Assembly (NCBI GenBank): GCA_013112575.1
Contig: JABFGG010000007.1
Location: forward strand, 184,934 to 248,933
Origin: Chloroflexota bacterium
Lineage (GTDB): Bacteria > Chloroflexota > Anaerolineae > Anaerolineales > UBA11579
DNA length: 64,000 bases
Reading direction: 5' to 3'
The position numbers and the translations under genes were made by a program. The notes under the pieces were generated by a model. The model saw only the letters and a program-made list of their open reading frames with translations. It made no database searches and had not been told where the DNA came from. The stretch's first letter is position 1. Each line of letters starts with the position of its first letter. Below, piece after piece: positions 26,809 to 41,190 of the stretch.

Positions 26809-28827
26809 TCATTCTTCGAAACAGGCCAGGGCATCGAACATATTTTGCATGGCAAGGTCGCGTTCCGGTAGGTAGAGAGAGCTCACGAAGAAGCGCGACC
26901 AGACCTGGCACAGCATGGCCTGGGAACGAAAGTATTTATCGTAAGCTTCGAGGGTCATTTCTTGCGCTTCGTCCCAACGGCCCAGTTCCTGGTAGGCCTG
27001 AATGAAAGGCAGACGCTCATAACCATTGTTAGATTCAAAACCCAAATCGTGGGCTTCTGCTTCCAAGGCAAGCACACTCTCCCAGTCCTCTCGTTGGGTA
27101 GCCAGGCTGGCTTTTTGGTAGAAGTAACACCAGCTATGGGCGGGTTCGGGGCCGAAGATATTTTCCGGGATCGAACTTTCAGCAAATGTCACAATGCTGT
27201 CTGGCCTTGACCCACGCAATAGTTGCCGCGTGGTTTCCTGCAATTCGATATTGACGGTATCCGCGCTATCCAACACCCACAAACAACGCCCTTCTTCAGG
27301 CTGGAAATCGACAAAAAGACTATCCTGGCTATTGCCGCTAAAGGATAAGGTGCGCAAACCATCTTTGACCTCCGTACCAGCTACGAATTCATCCACGCGG
27401 CGATGCAGGCCGCGAAAAAGTTCAAAGTACCAGTAGGGCTGGTCTGTCTCCCCGGTTTCCGAGTAGAGTGTATTGAGCGCGGTGGACACCACGTAACCAC
27501 TGGCTCGCGTCGATAAGGCCCCCTCCGCAACCACCGGCGCACCAGGCTCAAGAGCAGGAGCACGCCAGGCCAATTGCCAGTAAAAAGCACGTTGCTTCTG
27601 CCAATCCAGGCGGTAACTGTTGGCCATGCGTAAATGCAGCCCCAGGGCCAGGCCCACCAAAATACTAAATAACAGAACTTTGGGGATGCGACGGGGAGTT
27701 ACCCATTCGAGTAGAGACACCAGCAAGATGGCTGCGCCGAACATGGCAGGCAGGGCAAAACGGTCGGAATATAGACCACCGATGAGCTGCCGTCCCGTGA
27801 ACCATACAGGCATGAGACTGACGAAAATGGCATAGAGGCTGAAGAGGATGGCCTGTCGTGTCCAGCTTCTCTCCTCAGTTGGGGATTCAATCTCGGCACG
27901 GGGCCAGAAAAGAAATGCCAGAGCCGCCGCAGACAGAACAGCAAGTCCCCAGATCAAGAGACCCACACGATCCCCGAAGTCGAACAAAGCGGGCTGGAGG
28001 GTAGTGTTCCAGGTGGCTACCAATATCTGTATGAAGTCGCGCAGCACATTCTCTGTTAGGCTAACTATAGTTCCTATAGGCTGGGCAGCCAGATCGTAGG
28101 CCAGGCGGGGGGCGTTGGGGTCGTCGGGGATCTGCAGGGAGAATAAACGCCAAATCACGAAAACCAGCAAGACAAGCAAATAGGGCAACCACTGTCTAAA
28201 AACTTTATTGGCTCGTTGACGCCAATTCTCCTGGCTATGCGCCAATAACAGCCACAAAACCGCCGGACGAATTAACTCCAGCCCGACAAAGTATTCCATG
28301 GTTAGCATGTGAAATGGCGCGGCCAATACAGCCAGCACGGTCAAAGGTCTATAGCGTTGCGGGTTGCGCTGCGCCCAGATCATGGCGCCCAGAGACAGGA
28401 AGAACAGGCCGTAGGTGATCCAATGCTGGCTGTATGCTACGGCGATGGATTGTTGGGTGAAGATGGGATAAACAGCAAACAACACTGCCATCCAGGTCAC
28501 TTCACGTTTACGCTCCGGCCACAGGCCTCGCAAACCCCACCACATGCCTAAAACGGCCAGCCAACGCAAGAGCAATGTGAAGACGTGCCAATACCAGGGT
28601 GTGGTGCCCAAAATCGGCACACTCAAAATGTAAGTCCAGGCGGAGAAAGGGCGGTCGAATTGGTAAAAATCCCAGTAGGCACCGATACCCTGAGTATCAG
28701 CCAGATAGATGACAGGCCAGTCATCCCAGTAGTAGCCCAGCCAGGGGACCATCAGGCCAAAGCCAACCAGCAAAACCCCCATGAAAAGCAAGGGGGCAAA
28801 CCATTTAGATTGGCGTAACGTATGCAT
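26809..28827 (-). CDS. Large polytopic membrane protein, GT-C-fold-like, paralog of 24766-26781
   Basis: 672 aa with the same architecture and the same LGYYWDDWP motif. Shared blocks include FDRPFSAW, LLRWLAVL, QQSIAVAYS, GGLYSDRFALPAM and HSWCYFYQKA. Confidence 0.45.
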   Translation of the reverse strand: MHTLRQSKWFAPLLFMGVLLVGFGLMVPWLGYYWDDWPVIYLADTQGIGAYWDFYQFDRPFSAWTYILSVPILGTTPWYWHVFTLLLRWLAVLGMWWGLRGLWPERKREVTWMAVLFAVYPIFTQQSIAVAYSQHWITYGLFFLSLGAMIWAQRNPQRYRPLTVLAVLAAPFHMLTMEYFVGLELIRPAVLWLLLAHSQENWRQRANKVFRQWLPYLLVLLVFVIWRLFSLQIPDDPNAPRLAYDLAAQPIGTIVSLTENVLRDFIQILVATWNTTLQPALFDFGDRVGLLIWGLAVLSAAALAFLFWPRAEIESPTEERSWTRQAILFSLYAIFVSLMPVWFTGRQLIGGLYSDRFALPAMFGAAILLVSLLEWVTPRRIPKVLLFSILVGLALGLHLRMANSYRLDWQKQRAFYWQLAWRAPALEPGAPVVAEGALSTRASGYVVSTALNTLYSETGETDQPYWYFELFRGLHRRVDEFVAGTEVKDGLRTLSFSGNSQDSLFVDFQPEEGRCLWVLDSADTVNIELQETTRQLLRGSRPDSIVTFAESSIPENIFGPEPAHSWCYFYQKASLATQREDWESVLALEAEAHDLGFESNNGYERLPFIQAYQELGRWDEAQEMTLEAYDKYFRSQAMLCQVWSRFFVSSLYLPERDLAMQNMFDALACFEE

Positions 28828-28904
28828 TATGTGCGAATTATAACGAAAGGAAGTCCAGATGGTCAGGTAGTCGCAATAGTCTCATTAGTCCCTCAACATC
28901 AAGG

Positions 28905-31370
28905 CTATTGAGACTGATCAGAATTCTTTTCCACTTCGACCCACATCTGCTGCCCATCGGTGGTCAAGTGGATCCAGCCATGGTGGTCGGTGCGCAAGAG
29001 GTTGTATGAGGTTGCAGCATCCACAATTGCTTCATCAGGTAAACCCTCAAAGTTACCGGCCTCGACGCTTAACAAAATCACTTGAGGCTGCAAATTGTCG
29101 ATCCACTCCGGAGGATTCAGGGGAGCGTAACCACTATCTGCTAACAGCAACGCAGTCACTGGACCGATCTCCAACCCCATTTCAAAAGCATCGAGGGCAT
29201 CAAAGTCCAGGCCAATGGGCAACAAAACACGGAAATTATCCAACACCAGCAGCAAAACAGCACCGCGCTCGCTCACGGCCAGCGCTTCCAGATAGGCTCC
29301 TTCGCCCAGATCAAAGCGCTGGCCTGTTTCACCCTCAACAATGAGGATACCCGCGTCGCTAAGGGTGGAACGCAAATATCGCGCCGAGCTGGAGGCGTTG
29401 ACATTGCCAGACCACCAGACCTGTTGTGGTGGGAAGCGTTCCACGACGCGCGGCAAAGCAGCGACCTGATGCTCCTGTGGAGAAGCTACAACCAAATAAT
29501 CCAACTGGCGATTAAACAAAGATAAGCGTCTACCTAAAGCATTGGAGAGCCGGGAAGCGCTGGGTCCGCCGCCTACCAGGATATAGCGGCCCTCAGGCGT
29601 TTGGATGAGGACAGCATCGCCACTATCTACGTCCAGAACGGTTATGTGCAGTTTGCCATCCGGGGCAGAAAGGGCCGCCTGCCAACTCAGCATGGTCAAT
29701 GCAGCTAATAAGCCAAAGACTGCTATAGGTCTGACGTTTGGCAATCGATGTCGCAGCCAGGCAGCTTTGAAGGTCAGCAACAGCACCAGGCCGTAGAACA
29801 GGATCACCGTCCAGGCGGGGATTTCGCCCAGCACGAGCAAGCCACCGGGCAAGACAGCAAAGGCTTCCACAATGCGGATGGTGTAGACTACAAAGGGCCA
29901 GGTGAGGTAAGCTACCGCCTGCCCCAGTGGGTAATACACCATCCCGACTAACACAGCTACCCCACCCACGATCATGATGGGAGGCTGAGCAGGCAGGATG
30001 GCGGCGTTGGCAGGCAGTGAACTTAGCGAAAGGCGCTGGAAATGATAGGCGATGATAGGTAAGGTGGAGAAGCCTGCTGCCAGAGTAAAAAGCAAATACT
30101 CGCTGACGGGTGCCACCAGCCTTTGCACGGTGGCTTCCGGCAGGCGTTTCGTAGCAAGAGCTACAAACCAATCGGTCAGTGGCTCGGCATAGAGCACAAG
30201 CCCCATGACAGCCGCGAAGGACAATTGGAAGCCTACGTCCCAGGGGATGTGCGGGTTGAACAGCGCCATAATCCCAGCAGTGATGGCCAGGCTATTGATG
30301 CCGTCCTGCCTGCGGCCCACCTGGCGGGCCAACAAAGTCAGACTGCCCATGATCGCCGCACGCACCACGGCAGCGTCTGCGCCTACTAACAAGGTGTAAA
30401 CCGCTATGCCAAACAAAGACACAAGCATGCCACGCCAGTAGCCCAGCCAGCGGCCAAAGAGAGCGCTGAAAAGCCCGGCAATGATTGTGATGTTAAAGCC
30501 CGAAATGGCGATGACATGGCTGGTGCCCGTATCGTTAAAGGCAGCTCGCACATCCTGGGGAATGCCGCTTTCCACACCCAGCAGGATGCCCGCCAGCAGT
30601 GAGGCCTCAGGATCAGGCCAGAAACGATACGTCAGGTCAAGAGCACCCGTTTTGAATTTATATACCGCTGCCAGTAGAGGGTTTCCAACGTCAGGTTCCA
30701 ACAAGCTGGCATCAGCGAAAGACATGAAGCTGTACACACCCTGACGCGCTAGATAGTCTCGGTAGGAGAAGTCTTCATTCTCCGGCGGGGTCCGCAGAAA
30801 GCCGCTGACCACCACACGGTCGCCGTATGACCATTCAGCATCCACAGACACGCGCGCCAGCAACAAACCGTTCACATCAATATGTTGAATATCATTTTCG
30901 GGTCGTAGTCGTTCAACAGCAATGCGCAAATTAGTATAACTGTCACGCTCATCAGGGGGGGCAACTACCACGCCAGTGACCACCATTTTTAGATCGTTAT
31001 CGTTGTAGGCTGCGATGAATTCCGGGGAGATGACAGGTTGAGTAGCGAGGTATCGAAGACCGCCGAAACACATCACCAACAAGAGCAAAGCAGCAAATAT
31101 TAAACGGCCACTGTGCTTTTGTACACTCTTCAGGAAACTGGCCGAGAATGTGTTTGTGAGGACACGAACCACAGCCGCAAAGTGAGTGGAAGCGTAGCGC
31201 AGAGCCAATATATTAATCACCAACACAGCGGCGGAGATACCCGCAAAAAGCCACCAGAGACCCAGCCCAAACGGCAACCAGGCCGCCAATAAAATACCAG
31301 TCACAAAGGCCATTGAAGCCCAGAGGAGTGGAGTGGGAATGCTGATACCAGTTTGGGGAGCCTTTTCCAT
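28905..31370 (-). CDS. comEC: DNA internalization-related competence protein ComEC/Rec2 (with C-terminal metallo-beta-lactamase domain)
   Basis: The start was set to ATG 31370, because the longer ORF would overlap the divergent gene. It has a DUF4131-like N-terminus, a polytopic competence domain (SHVIAISGFNITII, GFQLSFAAV) and an MBL-type end (ITVLDVDSGDAVLIQTPEGRYILVGGG). Confidence 0.85.
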   Translation of the reverse strand: MEKAPQTGISIPTPLLWASMAFVTGILLAAWLPFGLGLWWLFAGISAAVLVINILALRYASTHFAAVVRVLTNTFSASFLKSVQKHSGRLIFAALLLLVMCFGGLRYLATQPVISPEFIAAYNDNDLKMVVTGVVVAPPDERDSYTNLRIAVERLRPENDIQHIDVNGLLLARVSVDAEWSYGDRVVVSGFLRTPPENEDFSYRDYLARQGVYSFMSFADASLLEPDVGNPLLAAVYKFKTGALDLTYRFWPDPEASLLAGILLGVESGIPQDVRAAFNDTGTSHVIAISGFNITIIAGLFSALFGRWLGYWRGMLVSLFGIAVYTLLVGADAAVVRAAIMGSLTLLARQVGRRQDGINSLAITAGIMALFNPHIPWDVGFQLSFAAVMGLVLYAEPLTDWFVALATKRLPEATVQRLVAPVSEYLLFTLAAGFSTLPIIAYHFQRLSLSSLPANAAILPAQPPIMIVGGVAVLVGMVYYPLGQAVAYLTWPFVVYTIRIVEAFAVLPGGLLVLGEIPAWTVILFYGLVLLLTFKAAWLRHRLPNVRPIAVFGLLAALTMLSWQAALSAPDGKLHITVLDVDSGDAVLIQTPEGRYILVGGGPSASRLSNALGRRLSLFNRQLDYLVVASPQEHQVAALPRVVERFPPQQVWWSGNVNASSSARYLRSTLSDAGILIVEGETGQRFDLGEGAYLEALAVSERGAVLLLVLDNFRVLLPIGLDFDALDAFEMGLEIGPVTALLLADSGYAPLNPPEWIDNLQPQVILLSVEAGNFEGLPDEAIVDAATSYNLLRTDHHGWIHLTTDGQQMWVEVEKNSDQSQ

Positions 31371-31421
31371 TTCCGCCACAACAGATACATTATAGCAGCC
31401 CCCCTCATGTAAAATATACCC

Positions 31422-32414
31422 ATGCAACCTACAGAACTGGGAAAATCCGGCTTGTCGGTAACACGTATAGGGTTGGGTCTGGCGGCGCTTGGCAGGCCAG
31501 GTTACATCAACCTGGGCCACAGCAACGACCTGCAAAGCCTCGACCAGGATGCCATGCAGGCTCAGGCTCACAAAGTCTTGGGAGCCACCTGGAAAGCAGG
31601 CATTCGTTACTTTGATGCGGCGCGTTCCTACGGGCTGGCTGAACGTTTTTTGGGAAGCTGGTTAAAAGCGCGGGACATCTCGTCGGATGGAGTCACCGTC
31701 GGCTCCAAATGGGGCTACACCTATACGGCCGACTGGCAGGTAGAGGCCGAAAACCACGAGATAAAAGAACATTCATTGCCTGTGTTGCAACGCCAGATCA
31801 AAGAAAGCCTCGGGGAACTTGGTGAATATCTCAAGCTCTACCAGATCCACTCCGCCACGCTGGACAGCGGTGTATTGGACAACCAGGCTGTATTGGATGA
31901 GTTGGCACGCTTGAAAGCGGATGGACTCAGCATTGGACTTTCTCTGAGTGGAACCAAGCAAGCAGAGATGTTAGAAAAAGCACTGACGATCGAGTATGAC
32001 GGCCAATTGCTGTTTGATGGCGTGCAGGCCACATGGAACATGCTGGAGCCCTCGGCAGGGGAGGTTCTGGCAGCAGCTCATCAGGCAGGCCTGGGAATCA
32101 TCATCAAAGAAGCCCTGGCTAACGGGCGCCTGACGCCGCGCAACGACCAGCCACAGTTCACCGAGCAACGCGACATCCTCGAAGGCATCGCCGTGAAACA
32201 CGAAACGGGCATTGACGCCGTGGCCCTGGCATACGTACTGGCGCAGGGTTGGGTGGATGTGGTCTTGAGTGGGGCAGCTACCATCGAACATGTGTTGTCA
32301 AATGTACAGGCTATCGATATTCAATTGGATGAAGCTAATCTGGATGCTTTGGATGGGTTGGCAGAAAGCTCTCAGGAATATTGGGAGACGCGCAGCAAGC
32401 TAGCCTGGAACTGA
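31422..32414 (+). CDS. Aldo/keto reductase
   Basis: 330 aa. MQPTELGKSGLSVTRIGLGLAALG.., FDAARSYG, and the typical AKR length and C-terminus. Confidence 0.85.
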   Translation: MQPTELGKSGLSVTRIGLGLAALGRPGYINLGHSNDLQSLDQDAMQAQAHKVLGATWKAGIRYFDAARSYGLAERFLGSWLKARDISSDGVTVGSKWGYTYTADWQVEAENHEIKEHSLPVLQRQIKESLGELGEYLKLYQIHSATLDSGVLDNQAVLDELARLKADGLSIGLSLSGTKQAEMLEKALTIEYDGQLLFDGVQATWNMLEPSAGEVLAAAHQAGLGIIIKEALANGRLTPRNDQPQFTEQRDILEGIAVKHETGIDAVALAYVLAQGWVDVVLSGAATIEHVLSNVQAIDIQLDEANLDALDGLAESSQEYWETRSKLAWN

Positions 32415-32577
32415 AGTAGGTGCGAAGCAATTACTAGCAGAGTTTGCAAGCAAACTCCGCTACTGAGGAAATAATATGATCGGCGGGCGACCAGCCGATC
32501 GCCCCTACACCGGAACGAAGGGCATCACCAAGCGAATAGCTTAGGGTTAAAAGCTCACAGCTTAAATAGAAAAAAGC

Positions 32578-32697
32578 CTTTTGGCAACGACCTACTCTCC
32601 CAGGGGGCTGCCCCCCAAGTACCATCGGCGCTGGCGAGCTTAACTGCCGGGTTCGGGATGTAACCGGGTGTACCCTCGCCGCTAAAGTCACCAAAAG
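32578..32697 (-). rRNA. rrf: 5S ribosomal RNA
   Basis: The reverse complement reads CTTTTGGTGACTTTAGCGGCGAGGGTACACCCGGTTACATCCCGAACCCGGCAGTTAAGCTCGCCAGCGCCGATGGTACTTGGGGGGCAGCCCCCTGGGAGAGTAGGTCGTTGCCAAAAG. The conserved CCGAAC and GGGAGAGTAGG blocks are present, helix I closes, and a U-run follows. Confidence 0.9.
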
Positions 32698-32797
32698 ACT
32701 TTATTTCACAAAGATATGTAGTTGTGTCCTACTGAACAGACAGTGAATACCGATACAGGTTCTTTTTCAAGGAAAATCTCCGAGTTCTCCACATCAC

Positions 32798-35758
<2,961 letters not shown>

Positions 35759-36145
35759 ATTACATGTGATGTGGAGAAATCGAAGATTTTCTCATTTGAG
35801 AAAAAAACCTTTGATTGTTAATTGTTATTTGAAATCGGTTTTGTCTATTCAGTTGGTAAAGTTCTGGGCGGAAAAACCTTAGTTTTTCCACGTTTCAGCA
35901 AATCGACTGCTGAAAAGCAGGGCCTAAATCTTTAAGCCTTGCTTCTGAGCTTTCGATCTTTATCTTGTAAAGTGCTACCTGCTAAAACAAAAACAACCCG
36001 GCGCACCGCCAGGTTGGTAGAAAACCAAAATGATGGTGGCTATATGGATCTCGGTTGCTTCTCCGTTGTTTTTAGCAGATGTTTCTCCGTTTACTTATTG
36101 TTCTTTATCTCAGGTGGCCTTCCATTTTGGAGGACCACACATCAG

Positions 36146-36218
36146 TGGAGATGAGGGGACTCGAACCCCTGACCCCTGCCTTGCAAAGGCAGTGCTCTCC
36201 CAACTGAGCTACATCCCC
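36146..36218 (-). tRNA. tRNA-Ala (anticodon TGC), in the rrn spacer
   Basis: The reverse complement is GGGGATGTAGCTCAGTTGGGAGAGCACTGCCTTTGCAAGGCAGGGGTCAGGGGTTCGAGTCCCCTCATCTCCA. Anticodon loop TTTGCAA, G3:U70 pair. Confidence 0.95.
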
Positions 36219-36236
36219 AGAACCCGGGATGTGTAG

Positions 36237-36310
36237 TGGGCCTGAGAGGACTCGAACCTCTGGCCTCTGCGTTATCAGCACAGCGCTCTAACCAGCTGAG
36301 CTACAGGCCC
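36237..36310 (-). tRNA. tRNA-Ile (anticodon GAT), in the rrn spacer
   Basis: The reverse complement is GGGCCTGTAGCTCAGCTGGTTAGAGCGCTGTGCTGATAACGCAGAGGCCAGAGGTTCGAGTCCTCTCAGGCCCA. Anticodon loop CTGATAA. Confidence 0.95.
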
Positions 36311-36596
36311 AGGGTACGGGTATTTTGGTAAAGGACGCAAACGAGATACTCGTTTGCTTACTGCAATTTGGCGAAGCCAAATTTTGCCTAAGCAAAACCA
36401 GAAAGGTTTTGCGACCTTAACCGCTGAAGAGTGATAAGAAGCAGTCTGCGATTCCGCCTCGCCACCGCAGCGAGACTTGGGGTGTATGTGGCTTTGCAGC
36501 CAGCATATCTACCCCTGGGTTTTTGGAGTGGAGCGGTCTCTCTGCATCACGGCAGCGCAAGCGCTGCGAATGCTGGAGAGTGCTCGGGTGCTCCAG

Positions 36597-38104
<1,508 letters not shown>

Positions 38105-38347
38105 AAGAACTTATGCATATCCCGGAGGATATGTTAGTTTCAATTATTATGCGGTTGATCCAGTCAAAAAAACGCAAGACTTAAAACTTCTTATCACTCT
38201 TCAGTTGTTAAGGTTCAGGCTTGTCAAGTTCCTTACAGACAGAAAACACCGACGCTAAGGTTTCTCGACATCGGCGTTATTGTATCTATTCGGTTGTTAG
38301 GGATCTGCCGTTTCAGGGGCAAGGTCCGACTTAGTCAAGCGGACGGA

Positions 38348-38376
38348 ATTATACGCAAGTTGTGTGTAAGAGTCAA
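38348..38376 (-). promoter_or_regulatory. Near-consensus sigma70 promoter of the rrn operon
   Basis: On the minus strand: -35 TTGACT (38376-38371), a 17-nt spacer, then -10 TATAAT (38353-38348), about 240 nt upstream of the mature 16S 5' end. An A-rich stretch lies further upstream. Confidence 0.6.
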
Positions 38377-38512
38377 GGGTTTGTCAGACAGATTCTGGAA
38401 ATTAGTTGAGTAATTTTTTGAAGCTTTTTTAATCGCGCGGACATCTTGATGTCCCCAATTCTTTAAGGTAAGCAGCCCCACGCAGAGCAAGCCCGCTACT
38501 AAGTGTAATTTT

Positions 38513-39118
38513 TTATTTCATTTCCTGGCGGCCAGCCAGGGCGCGCTGGATGGTGTTCTGATCGGCATATTCCAAGTCGCCACCCATAGGCAGGCCACGC
38601 GCCAAACGCGTTACGCGCGCCACCAATCCTTTAAGCTGCCCTTGCAGGAACATGGCCGTGGCATCGCCTTCCATGCTGGGGTTAGTGGCGATGATGATCT
38701 CGCCAACCTCACCACCTTCGACGCGTGCCATGAGTTCCTGGATCTTGAGATCTTCCGGCCCAATGCCCTCAATGGGCGAAAGTGCACCATCCAGTACGTG
38801 GTACACACCTTCAAATGCGCCGGTGCGCTCTAGAGCGATCACATCCAGGGGCTCTTCCACAATGCAGATGAGGTTCTGGTCGCGCCGCGAGTCGGAACAG
38901 ATCTCGCACAACTCACGCCCTGCCGTGGTGATGTTGTAGCAGCGCTGGCAGTAGGCGATGTCGGTCTTGATCGTCGCAAGAGCCTCCGAGAGTTCACTGG
39001 AGAGTTCATCCGGGCTGCGCAACAAATAGAAAGCCAGGCGCGAGGCCGTTTTAGGGCCTACACCGGGCAGCCGGGAAAGCGCATCGATCAGGCGTTGGAT
39101 GGGTTCGGGTAGGAACAT
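38513..39118 (-). CDS. recR: Recombination protein RecR
   Basis: 201 aa. N-terminal HhH (LPGVGPKTASRLAF), zinc finger CQRCYNIT..CEIC, and a Toprim region. Confidence 0.95.
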   Translation of the reverse strand: MFLPEPIQRLIDALSRLPGVGPKTASRLAFYLLRSPDELSSELSEALATIKTDIAYCQRCYNITTAGRELCEICSDSRRDQNLICIVEEPLDVIALERTGAFEGVYHVLDGALSPIEGIGPEDLKIQELMARVEGGEVGEIIIATNPSMEGDATAMFLQGQLKGLVARVTRLARGLPMGGDLEYADQNTIQRALAGRQEMK

Positions 39119-39197
39119 AGGAATGTGGAATCAGGGATTAGGAAACAGGATAATGACTGTAAACCTGATTACTGATAACCAGTTACTGTTTCCTTTT

Positions 39198-39497
39198 TTA
39201 GAAATTTAAGCCTTGCGATAGCGGCCCCAAACGCTCTGCGGCCAGGTTGCGTGAGTCTTCCAGGGCTGTGTTCAGCGCAGTCATCACCAGGTCTTGCAGC
39301 ATTTCAGCATCGGCATCTTTCAATATTTCCGTATCAATCTCCACGGCTGTGCAACGCTGGTCGCCGGTCAGGGTGATCTTCAAAGCGCCGCCGCCAGCCG
39401 AAGCCGTCACGGTTTCTTTTTTCAGGTCTTCCTGCGCCTGGATCATCTGCTCCTGCATTTGCTGTAACTGCTGCATCATACCTTCAGGTAAATTCAT
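39198..39497 (-). CDS. ybaB: YbaB/EbfC family nucleoid-associated protein
   Basis: 99 aa. MMQQLQQMQEQMIQAQEDL..VTASAGGGALKITLTGDQ. It sits in the canonical position between dnaX and recR. Confidence 0.9.
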   Translation of the reverse strand: MNLPEGMMQQLQQMQEQMIQAQEDLKKETVTASAGGGALKITLTGDQRCTAVEIDTEILKDADAEMLQDLVMTALNTALEDSRNLAAERLGPLSQGLNF

Positions 39498-39531
39498 TAT
39501 TTGTATACTCCAAGTTTTATTCTATGTTGCT

Positions 39532-41067
39532 TCACTCATTTGATGAACTCAGTTCATTCGTATCTACGATCTCGCCCCCCAGGCGTAAGGCTGTGGCTAC
39601 CATGCCGGAACTGTCCACTTCCGGGGGAATCTCGCCGCTGCCACTGGCCACGAAGCACTTAACATCAAGGGAGCGCCCATAAGCTTCACGAGCCGCTTCT
39701 TCAGCCATCGCGCGGGCCTCATCCTTTTCCATCTTCTCTTTTAATATCTGGCTGGCAAAACCTAATAGCAGACTACTGCCACGAATTTCGCGTGCTTTGA
39801 CCGAGTTCAGTAACGCACCTACCTGGGCATCCTTGCCCTTAACGGCCTGCACAAACTGGGGCCAACCTTTACTGAGTTCGTCATTGGCCGGTGGGGCTGC
39901 TTTAGAGGGCGTAGTTTGAGAAGCAGGAGCCGTCTGAGTTGGCGTTTTGGCCTGAGGGGTTGGCACGACTGCCTGCGATGTTACGGCTTCCGGTTTTACA
40001 AGAGCCTCGACAAAGGCCATTTCCAGGGGCAGGCTGGGTTGCCAGGCCCCACGCGTTTCTGTCGCTGCGGCATTGAACACTTTTACAATGCGCAGCAATT
40101 CATTGACCTCAAAACCCTGCGCATGCTTCGCCATGTGTTGGCGCTCTTCAGCACTGGCGTCCACCTGGTCGGCATTGCCCATACGTACCAGCAAGACATC
40201 CCGCAGGTAGTCCACGATCTGGCGGGCGAACTGGCGCGGGTCGCTGCCCCCGTCCAAAGCTGCATGAATACGGTCCAGGCCCGCAGCCGAGTCCTCAGCT
40301 TGCAGAGCGTCAATGACATCCAGCACAGACTGGGAAGTAGCCGTGCCTAGCACGGTTTGCGCCATTTCCAGGGTGATGGTTTCGCCCATGGCAGAAAGTT
40401 GGTCCAGCAAGGAAATCGCATCGCGCATAGCGCCAGTGGACTGGCGGGCAATCAACTCCAAAGCCGGTTCTTCAGCCTGGATGGTTTCACCCTCTGCCAT
40501 ATTTTTCAAATGGGCCACAATGTCTACGACAGGGATGCGGCGGAACTCGTGGCGCTGGCAGCGCGACAATACAGTGGCAGGGATCTTATGCACTTCCGTG
40601 GTTGCCAATACAAAGATAGCGTGCGGGGGCGGCTCTTCCAATGTCTTCAACAAGGCATTAAAAGCCGCCGTAGAGAGCATGTGCACTTCATCAATGATAT
40701 AGACTTTATAGCGCCCGCGGTTGGGGGAAAAGTTGATCTTATCGCGCAGGTCGCGCACATCTTCGACGCTGGTGTTAGAAGCCGCATCGATCTCGATCAA
40801 ATCCAGGAAGCTGGCATTGTTGACTGCCAGACAATTCTCACATTGATCATCAGGGCGCTGGCTGAGGTCATCGTGAGTGCAATTAACCGCCTTGGCCAGT
40901 AAGCGCGCCAGGGTAGTTTTGCCGGTGCCGCGTGGCCCCGCGAAGAGGTAAGCATGGCCCACGCGTTCAGCCGCCACCGCATTGCGCAAGGTGCTGACCA
41001 CGTGCTGTTGGCCGATAACTTCATCCCAGGTGGCAGGTCGCCATTTTCTGTAAAGAGCTTGTGACAT
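39532..41067 (-). CDS. dnaX: DNA polymerase III subunit gamma/tau
   Basis: 511 aa. YRKWRPATWDEVIGQQHV, Walker A GPRGTGKTT, zinc module CTHDD..CENC, DEVHMLS, and sensor SRCQRHEF. Confidence 0.95.
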   Translation of the reverse strand: MSQALYRKWRPATWDEVIGQQHVVSTLRNAVAAERVGHAYLFAGPRGTGKTTLARLLAKAVNCTHDDLSQRPDDQCENCLAVNNASFLDLIEIDAASNTSVEDVRDLRDKINFSPNRGRYKVYIIDEVHMLSTAAFNALLKTLEEPPPHAIFVLATTEVHKIPATVLSRCQRHEFRRIPVVDIVAHLKNMAEGETIQAEEPALELIARQSTGAMRDAISLLDQLSAMGETITLEMAQTVLGTATSQSVLDVIDALQAEDSAAGLDRIHAALDGGSDPRQFARQIVDYLRDVLLVRMGNADQVDASAEERQHMAKHAQGFEVNELLRIVKVFNAAATETRGAWQPSLPLEMAFVEALVKPEAVTSQAVVPTPQAKTPTQTAPASQTTPSKAAPPANDELSKGWPQFVQAVKGKDAQVGALLNSVKAREIRGSSLLLGFASQILKEKMEKDEARAMAEEAAREAYGRSLDVKCFVASGSGEIPPEVDSSGMVATALRLGGEIVDTNELSSSNE

Positions 41068-41190
41068 GTATTTCTGGTTGCCAAATAGTGATCGGAGTTT
41101 ATCGATTGAAGTGTATCAGATGGGCATAGGCGTGGCAAGGGAGGGAGATTTACCCCAAGGTTTTCAACTCGATTGTAGTGCTGCGAAGAA

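Noticed and set aside
31371-31571. N-terminal 67-aa extension of the ComEC ORF
   Set aside because: It would overlap the divergent aldo/keto reductase gene by 150 nt and has no ComEC-like sequence. ATG 31370 gives a normal N-terminus that goes directly into the first TM helices.
39532-41067. Programmed -1 frameshift site in dnaX (A AAA AAG) producing a gamma subunit
   Set aside because: No AAAAAAG heptamer (CTTTTTT on the plus strand) occurs within the gene.
41068-41190. SRP RNA (ffs), which often precedes dnaX in other bacteria
   Set aside because: The 123-nt interval has no GGAA/AGCA-type domain IV motif and no suitable hairpin. Nothing supports an RNA gene here.
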